From an uncultured Methanosarcinaceae archaeon (GTDB taxonomy: Archaea; Halobacteriota; Methanosarcinia; Methanosarcinales; Methanosarcinaceae): DNA of 64,000 nt. Below are positions 56,422 through 64,000 of the stretch, in pieces (within the stretch, counting starts at the first letter, position 1; every line of letters begins with the position of its first letter). The notes below the pieces were generated by a model. The model saw only the letters and a program-made list of their open reading frames with translations, was not told the DNA's origin and ran no database searches. Location: positions 500,578-564,577 of the forward strand of contig CAWHXP010000008.1 of NCBI GenBank assembly GCA_963833425.1, read 5' to 3'. A program made the position numbers and the translations under genes.

Positions 56422-57610
56422 CTACTGCTTCATCAGTACTCTACGGTGAACGTCCAATTCAGTTTTAATTCGTTTATCCCAATTTCTCTTCGTTAATATA
56501 GTTTTTCTTGCATTTATCCCGATTTTCGTCCTCAATTCCTCATTATTATACAGAAGTATAATATTGTCTACAAAATTATCAATATCACCAGATTTGGCCA
56601 AAAGTCCATTTTCGATATGTTTTATGAGATTTCTTTTTGTACCACTGTCAAATGCTATTACTGTTTTTTCGCAAGCCATAGCTTCTTGCACTGAACGATT
56701 CATATTACTATAAAGACTCGTAGCGATAACAACATCAGAAATTGAAAGAATTCTATAATTTACCTAGTGAGAGTCCACCAAGAAACTTTACTTTATTATC
56801 CACTTTAAGCTCTTTTGATAGATTTATTAGTGATTCTTTTAAGGGTCCACGGCCAGCAATCAACAGATACGAATTCTTTGAATCAGATGCATCAACAAAT
56901 AATTTAAATGATTTGATAGCCAAATCAATGCTTTTGACAGATTCCAGAGAGCTTGTCGATAGAATAATAAAACTCGAGTTTTCAATTGATAATTTATCGA
57001 TGAGTGATTTCTTTTTGTCGATGGATCTGTAAACTTCAGTATCAATTCCATGATAAACGGGAGTGACTTCATTACCCTATACTTTTTTAAATTTAGCAGT
57101 ACTTGATGATTCGTCATGTATCACAATAGATGCATTTGGTTTACACAATTTTGCTAAAACTGTTTCATATATATCAGCTGCTTTTGAATATGCAGCACCT
57201 GATCCATGAAGCATGCCTACTACAGGAACTCCTAATATTTTTCCAATAATTGTGCAGTAAACAACATTAGAGATTCCATGCGCATAATAATATCAGAGCG
57301 TTCCATTTTTTTTTAATGTTGAATATACACTAATCGGATAGAGTAAATCAATCAACGGCAGAACCGGCATTTTTTTTATAAATTTCAAGGACAAAACTCT
57401 TGTCCGTATAATTTTTATCCCAAAATTTTCATCAAACTCTCTACAACTTTCACCAAAATTTGGTGCAATTAAAATTTGATCCTTCATACATGAATTTATT
57501 TTTGTGGATAGTTCTTGAATATGAGTTGCGGAACCTCCTATGATAGGATAAAAATGATATACTACTCTTGCGACACAAATTTTTTGTGATAACTGCTCTG
57601 TTGAATTCAT
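56422..57610 (-). pseudogene. Glycosyltransferase family 4, frameshifted
   Basis: FYPIIGG, YHGID, IAGRGP and QEAMACEK across several frames; in-frame TAG at 57077-57079. Confidence 0.85.
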
Positions 57611-59139
57611 AATTGCTCTTTTTTATGCCCTTTAGAAAATTTCGTTGAAATAGGAGTTGCTGAAAATAGGAAACAAAATATTTTGTTATGAATTTCGCAT
57701 AAGATGAGATGTACCTATTTTTCGAATTTTGTCGATGATCTAACAAAGTACCCAAAATCTCTCCTATGGAAAAAAATTGTCATTTTTTCCTTACTACTAT
57801 TACGTTCAAGTAAAATTTTAGTAGGCTTTTCTTACAACTTGCAAGTGTGATCTTTTATTATCCAATATTTAAATAGACTTTCCTACGTGTGCCTGAATTT
57901 CTTTAAAAAAAATTAGAATTGAATAATTTACTTCCAAGGCGATAGGATAGTCATTTTCTTAAATTATTTAAATTAGTGAGAATTTTTATTCTGTTTAGAT
58001 TGTTTGATTAATTGCTTTTATTTTCAGGGGCTAAATCCAAAATTTGACGATCCCTAAGCTTATTACTGCATTTCAAGTTTAGATTCTCCATAAAATATAA
58101 GTGATACTAATCTTCAGGTTTTTTTACTGACTCAGAGATAAATTTTCTCTGCAAAAGTGCTGCATCGTATTTAAAACTAAATATACATAAATTTTATATA
58201 TCAGAATTATCTATGGTTTGTAACCATTCATGGGTTTATATAGTTAAGTCGGGCCATATTAATTAATATATAATTTTTTATATCTAAGATCACTAAATTT
58301 ATCATTCTACCACAATAATATACTCAAAAATTCTTCGTGAGATTAATCTTAAATTCAATTTGCTTTCAGTGATTAGAAGCTTTCAGGATAGTTCTCGTGA
58401 TGAAAACAACTGGTTTCTGATTTAAAGGCATAATTCAAATAAACAAATTTTGATCTATGGGATTATACTCGAGCATAAAGAAAATGGAATTCCGGTGAAA
58501 TCAGATATTTAATTTTTTTATGGAAGATCAAGTTTCTTTATGAAAATTTGAGTTCACAAACTATTTTGAAAAACGAAGAAATGAAAAAATATATGAGGTT
58601 GAATTTTGAGCTTCTTAAAATTAGACTACCACATTTAAACTGATAAATAAACATTGTCGATATCAAGCTATTTAATCATGCTATTAGATAATATCCGTAG
58701 CTTTTAATTATTCTACCCAACTACATAAATTCTATAGAAGAAAGAAGTTGAGATGGAAAAAATTGAGAAAAAAAATTAATCAGTAGATTAGTGAGAATTT
58801 TGATAAGCCCCTAAATTTCATCGTATGTTTATAATGGGTATAATAAAAAACTAGTGAAAAATTATATGTTCAGTGAAATTCTCCTATATATCAACCATGT
58901 ATCAAAGAGATTTTGCTTACGGACCTTCCGATCTCCAACTCGAAGGAGTGGTTTGCCATAAATATAATTAACTAGTTCGTAAAAACAAATGAGTTCTATA
59001 AAAAAACCATATAGGATAATATATAATCTCTCTTTTTCTAGTATAGTAAGATTTTATTGATTGATCGAAAAATAGGTCTTTTCACAGATTATATTTAATC
59101 AAAAAAGGATCAGTTATATAATTTTAGAGATGCTATCTT

Positions 59140-60572
59140 CTGTCTGAAATTAAAAAATTTATTCCCGATGTTGGTGTAACATTTTTCTCCTCTCTGATGG
59201 CTGTACTCGTAGCTTTCCCAATTAACGTTTTGTTGGGAAGATATCTTGGAGCTGGTGATCTTGGATTATATAAGATGGTAAATACTATTTTTAGTACATT
59301 GATTCTCTTTGTCACGCTTGGAATTCCTGCATCTGTAATCAAAACCTGGCCGAGTTTTCAGGAGATTCCAAAAAGCAAGAGGAAGCAATCTCTTCGTGCA
59401 TTATTATATCTCTAATACTAGGAATAATATCATTTTTGTTTACATATTTTACTTCTGATTTATTTGCCAATTTTTTTAGTATGCCCCAGTTGTCAGTGCT
59501 GCTCAAAATTTTATCTTTTGCTTACCCTTTCTACATCCTAACTAGCATGCTTCTCTCATTTCTAAATGAAATTAGGGAAATGACCAAAAATGCATGGTCT
59601 ACAATTGTTCAGAGTTTGTCTCTTTTTATCATTACTTTTTTGCTCCTGTTAGCATACGGGATAGAAGGCGCAGTTCTTGCAATAGTAATTTCTTCGATCT
59701 TAACATCTATATTTATGATTCTTGTCTACAGATTGCCTCGAGTCTCTTGGGTTAACTATTTTCAACTAACAAAGCAAATGATTTCTTTTGGCTCCATAAC
59801 ACTATTTTCAAATGCTATTAATTTAATCAATTATCAAGCTGATGTGCTCCTGATTGGATATTTCCTTTCATCGAGAGAATTGGGGATTTACAGTGTTTCA
59901 GTCATGTTTGCAAAAATCATATGGATACTACCAGATTCAATTCAGAAAATTACTTTCCCCTTGATTTTAGAATTTTATGCAAAAAAAAATGGATGATCCA
60001 ATAAAGATTGTTGTAGATCGTTGCATGAAATATAGCAGCATTTTTTTAGTTTTATTAAGTATGTTTTTTGTTTTTTTGGGAAACAGATTATAACTTCAAT
60101 CTTTGGAGCAGAATTTGAGCAAGCTTATATGCCTTTAAACATTTTATTAGTTGGCACAGTTCTATTCGGAATAACAAAATCTGTCGGCTCAATTTTCGCA
60201 AGTGTCGGAAAACTGAATATTGTGTATAGAATTCCATTAGTTTCAGCAATCATAAATGCCATATTGAACTTGATATTAATTCCTATTTACGGAATTAATG
60301 GTGCGACAGTTGTGACTACTGTATCCTTTCTAGTTTCAATGATCCTTATGATTCATTTTATGAATTCTTTATTAAGTATAAAGCTTGACTATGGATGGTA
60401 CTTGAGGTTACTAGTCCAATCAATCGTTATAATCTGTATTTATTTTAGTCTGAGTAAATCAATGAATAATATCTTATTAGGATCAATTCTAATATTAGTG
60501 CAAACCATTTCATCTATATTAGTTATCCCGGCTGATAATAAGAAAAAAGTATTCCAATTGATCGGAATATAA
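59140..60572 (+). pseudogene. Polysaccharide flippase (Wzx/RfbX-like), frameshifted
   Basis: LGRYLGAGDLGLY, LGIP, QADVLLIGYFL...LGIYS, LNLILIPIYGINGA; split into 3 or more frames. Confidence 0.87.
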
Positions 60573-61106
60573 CCCTTATTTTACATTTTTGAATCTTATG
60601 TTAAATGGAAATTTTCATTTCAAAGTAATGATGAACAATATTAAGGTCAACAAATTTTTGATCAAATTTTTGATATAGAATTTGATTGATTATGTGGATA
60701 AAGGAAAAAAAAAATCATTAATACTTTCTAATTAAGTTTCACGTATTCACGTAATAAAGTAGATATATAATTCTAACACGTACGAGAAAGCTATGGTAAT
60801 TTCAAACATTCCGGGAATCAGGACCAAGAACCGCTTAAAAAATTGAGCCGTGTACTTGGTCTTTCCTCAAGTACCTCTTTATAGCTTAATTTGTAAATTA
60901 TTTCCTAATACTTTCTATTGAGAACTCAGTTTTAGAGTAAGTTTTTAATCTTTTGATAGTTTCCTTGATGGATATTCGCATGAAATGTTCAGTAGGAAAT
61001 TTCTGACCAACGTTAATATTATCATCCCAATAACTTAACATTGCAAGTAGTACTTAGATAATATTAACCATATCACCGGAAGATCAACTGAAAAGTAGCT
61101 AAAAAT

Positions 61107-61691
61107 TTGGATTTCAATACTGTTGCACAATTTCATGGGCATGTCTGCCCAGGGCTTTCAATCGGCTATAGGGTGGCATTACTAGCTGCCAATCACTTTA
61201 AAGACCGGAGCAAAGACGAAGAATTAGTTGAAATTGTGGGAAATAGATCCTGTGCTGTTGATGCTATTCAGGTAATAAACGGCTGTACCTGCGGGAAAGG
61301 AAATCTTGTTTTTAAAGATCATGGGAAGCATGTTTACACATATTTCAAAAGAGGCGATAAAAAAAGCCATTAGGATTTCATTGAAACCCACCATCTTTTC
61401 ACAGGACGAAAAGCATTTTACACTCTTCGAAAAAATGAGAATGGATACTGCAAGCCCTGAGGATGCAAAGGAGTTTCGAGACTTAAACGAATTAAAAAAT
61501 CAGAGGATCCTGGAAATGCCAGACGAAAAACTTTTCTGGGTCAGTGATGTGGAAATAAAGCTTCCAGAAAAAGCAATAATTTATTCTACTCTGATCTGCA
61601 GTAAATGTGGAGAAGGGGTTATGGAACCTCTGGGAAGGGTGAAAAATGAAAAAAAATATGTATACCTTGCTTTGAAGCAAAAGATGAGTGA
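61107..61691 (+). pseudogene. FmdE-family protein, frameshifted at A-runs
   Basis: FHGHVCPGL, CAVDAIQ...GCTCGKGNL, CSKCGE...CIPC; shifts at A-runs near 61360 and 61650 (could be sequencing error). Confidence 0.8.
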
Positions 61692-62852
61692 AGATCTGGA
61701 GAGAACTACCTGCTGAATAGAACGTATCCATATCAGGTATGTAGAAAATAGCTGCCTTGAGGTTATGTGTACGAAGAAGTCTCCAAAAGGTTTCAAACTC
61801 GTCTTTAAAATATGTATAAGAATGTTTCATGTGTATTCAGTGAAGATGCTGAATGTAGAAAAAAACTTATTTTAATTGTTAGTTTTATACGAAGGACTCA
61901 TATTTAAATCAGAAAATAGCTATACTTAGCTTTCAAAGATATATCTAAAAATATATAACCTCGAAAAACTAAAACTACTCGATAAAGTTGTTACAGATCC
62001 CAAATAGAATAGTTCCCCCGAGCAATAAAATGGATTAGCAAATCATTTAGTTCCGGTTAAAATGCTTGAAATATATAATTATTTTGGGATAAGTTCCATG
62101 TCAGTTTTCTAATCTTGTGCTAATATCCATGAACAATACAAGCTTTGTCGTTGTTTTGGGATAAGCAAACAACTTAACTTATTTGAGATAATTGCCCCAG
62201 TTTATTTTAGAACTATCTATCCAACGGATAATACTCCAAAATAAGAGTTTATGAAAGCTCAGTAAGAAAAAAATTTTTGTCCCAGTAATAAATTTACCTC
62301 GCAATAAGTAAGAGATATTCTGAACAATTCAAGGGACTTCAGGAGAAGCATAAAAACTTACTTTTGTGGGAAATACATGTTTTGGCAATCTCTTGCTGAA
62401 TCTCTAAGTTTTGTAGTTCGGTATAGAAAATTTTCTTCATCCAGGTCTAGACTTTGAGAAAGCTAAATCAATCCATATGACTGCAAAGGGTGTGCAGCTT
62501 GGAGGGCTCACATATACGCGTGCTGACGTGATATCCTACTCTGTGGTCTTAAATGCCGAAACGTGGATTAAATCCAGAAAAAGGGAAAGAATGGCCAGAA
62601 AGATCCTCGAAAATTCGGAAAAGGGAAAATTATCGGATTATATTTTTATTAATCTTGGAGATTTTCACAATTTTAACATATATCTTTCCTAAAAGATATA
62701 GATTAATTTTATAGAACATCTTAATTATGTAGATCCAATTAACAGGTTGATACATTCTGGATTCAGGGACCACGTTACTTATACTTTCAATTCTATAATT
62801 CAATAGTGATGCCTGCTGTTTCTAACAAATAAAACAGTAGCAGTGCAAATTC

Positions 62853-64000
62853 TCAACAAATATTAGCCAAATCCTTTATAGGTTTACCTGTTCCTTTTAC
62901 CTCAAATTTTGCTCCTGTTTCAAAGAACTTACACGTTTTTTCGATGTCACCGACTAGAATTGATGCCATATCAGAAGTGAAATTCGCTCTTATTACAATG
63001 CGCATTATTTCGACATCTTCCGCATTTTTGGGCAGATGATAAGCGGGAACTGTCCAGCCCCTTTCTCTTAGTTTATGTGAAAGGTTTAGCAAAGAATATT
63101 CGGTCACTCTTTTTTTCTTGAAAGCAATTATCGGTAGCCTTTCTCCTTTGTTCAGCATTTCAAATCGGCCTAATTTTTCAAGCTTTTTAGCAAGATCCCG
63201 GGAAACTTCCAAGATATTTCCCATTATATCGATATAGCCAGCTCTGCCAAACCTTAGAATATTGTAATATTGAGCCACAATCATTGCGCTACCTCCTGAG
63301 AAATTAAGTGTGTAAGTATTTTCCTGTTCCCCAAGGTAGTTTACAGTGAAAATCAAATCTTTTGGGAGGTCTTTTTCATCTTGGAAGATCAGCCAACCAA
63401 GACCTGGATACGTTAATCCGTACTTGTGCCCGGAAACGTTTATTGATCTTACCCTATCAAGTCTGAAATCCCATTCAAAATCAGGCTCTGTGAAGGGTAA
63501 TATGAAACCACCACTCGCAGCATCTATGTGGATGGGTATATTCCAATCTTTTTCTCTCTTATAATCCATAAGCAAATCATTAATTTCTTTTATGGGATCG
63601 ATTTCTCCTGTATAAGTAGTTCCAAGTACACAACCTACACAAATGGTGTTCTCATCAATATGCTTTGAAACAGCCTCAGCTGTAATTGTACGCGTCTTCT
63701 CGGATATAGGAATCTTTATAGCATCGACGTCGAAGTATCTGGCAAATTTATCCCAGCAAACGTGAGCATCTGCTCCGAAAATAATATTCGGTTTACCTGT
63801 ACCGCGCCCAGAAATTTTCCAGTTCCACTTATGAGCCAGTAAACCTAGCATTATTGCCTCTGAAGAGCCTGCTGTTGCCGTACCCATGAACTTGGTATTG
63901 TGTCCGTTAAAAAGGCGGCCAAGTGTATTCACAATATTTTGATGAATGACCCTGGAAACTTGTGGATATTCAAAGACATCTATTATATTTTTATTGATAT
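62853..64000 (-). CDS. gadB: Glutamate decarboxylase (5' end outside window)
   Basis: KNIID..EYPQ, GSSEA, HVCWDKFARYFDV, HIDAASGGF, PLP motif NVSGHKYG; frame open to the window edge. Confidence 0.9.
   Translation of the reverse strand, partial: INKNIIDVFEYPQVSRVIHQNIVNTLGRLFNGHNTKFMGTATAGSSEAIMLGLLAHKWNWKISGRGTGKPNIIFGADAHVCWDKFARYFDVDAIKIPISEKTRTITAEAVSKHIDENTICVGCVLGTTYTGEIDPIKEINDLLMDYKREKDWNIPIHIDAASGGFILPFTEPDFEWDFRLDRVRSINVSGHKYGLTYPGLGWLIFQDEKDLPKDLIFTVNYLGEQENTYTLNFSGGSAMIVAQYYNILRFGRAGYIDIMGNILEVSRDLAKKLEKLGRFEMLNKGERLPIIAFKKKRVTEYSLLNLSHKLRERGWTVPAYHLPKNAEDVEIMRIVIRANFTSDMASILVGDIEKTCKFFETGAKFEVKGTGKPIKDLANIC

Noticed and set aside
62477..62692. 71-aa ORF, and similar short ORFs at 592-831, 3072-3260, 26715-27108, 32712-33522, 46995-47180, 49552-49752 and 56189-56401
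   Set aside because: No recognisable motifs or convincing start signals; may be chance ORFs or unidentifiable relics

Overview
Chromosomal window from a methanogenic archaeon, most likely Methanosarcina/Methanosarcinaceae, judged from gene content and order (trmY-pus10-rpl21e-rpo4-DUF655-rsmA; rpl7ae-rps28e-rpl24e-ndk-aIF5B-rps6e; purS-purQ). The region is heavily eroded. By my tally apparently intact CDSs cover only about 24-26 kb of 64 kb. Between intact housekeeping blocks lie pseudogenes of different ages: glycogen phosphorylase, MgtA-type P-ATPase, NUDIX hydrolase, exonuclease III, response regulator, arylsulfatase, a glycosyltransferase, a flippase and FmdE. There are also four inactive copies of one IS5-family element and one inactive IS6. 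Many lesions are GC->AT changes, notably Trp TGG->TGA/TAG. The most interesting signals are: (1) a DUF1998 (Hrq/MrfA-type) helicase whose C-terminal ~95 aa align by eye to the archaeal chromatin protein MC1; (2) an intact SAM-methyltransferase/D-Ala-D-Ala-ligase-type ATP-grasp fusion in a lineage without peptidoglycan; (3) the genome erosion itself, together with loss of DNA-repair genes; (4) an internally deleted IS5 derivative that kept spreading. I saw no rRNA, tRNA or CRISPR array. All family calls come from motif recognition, not database searches.
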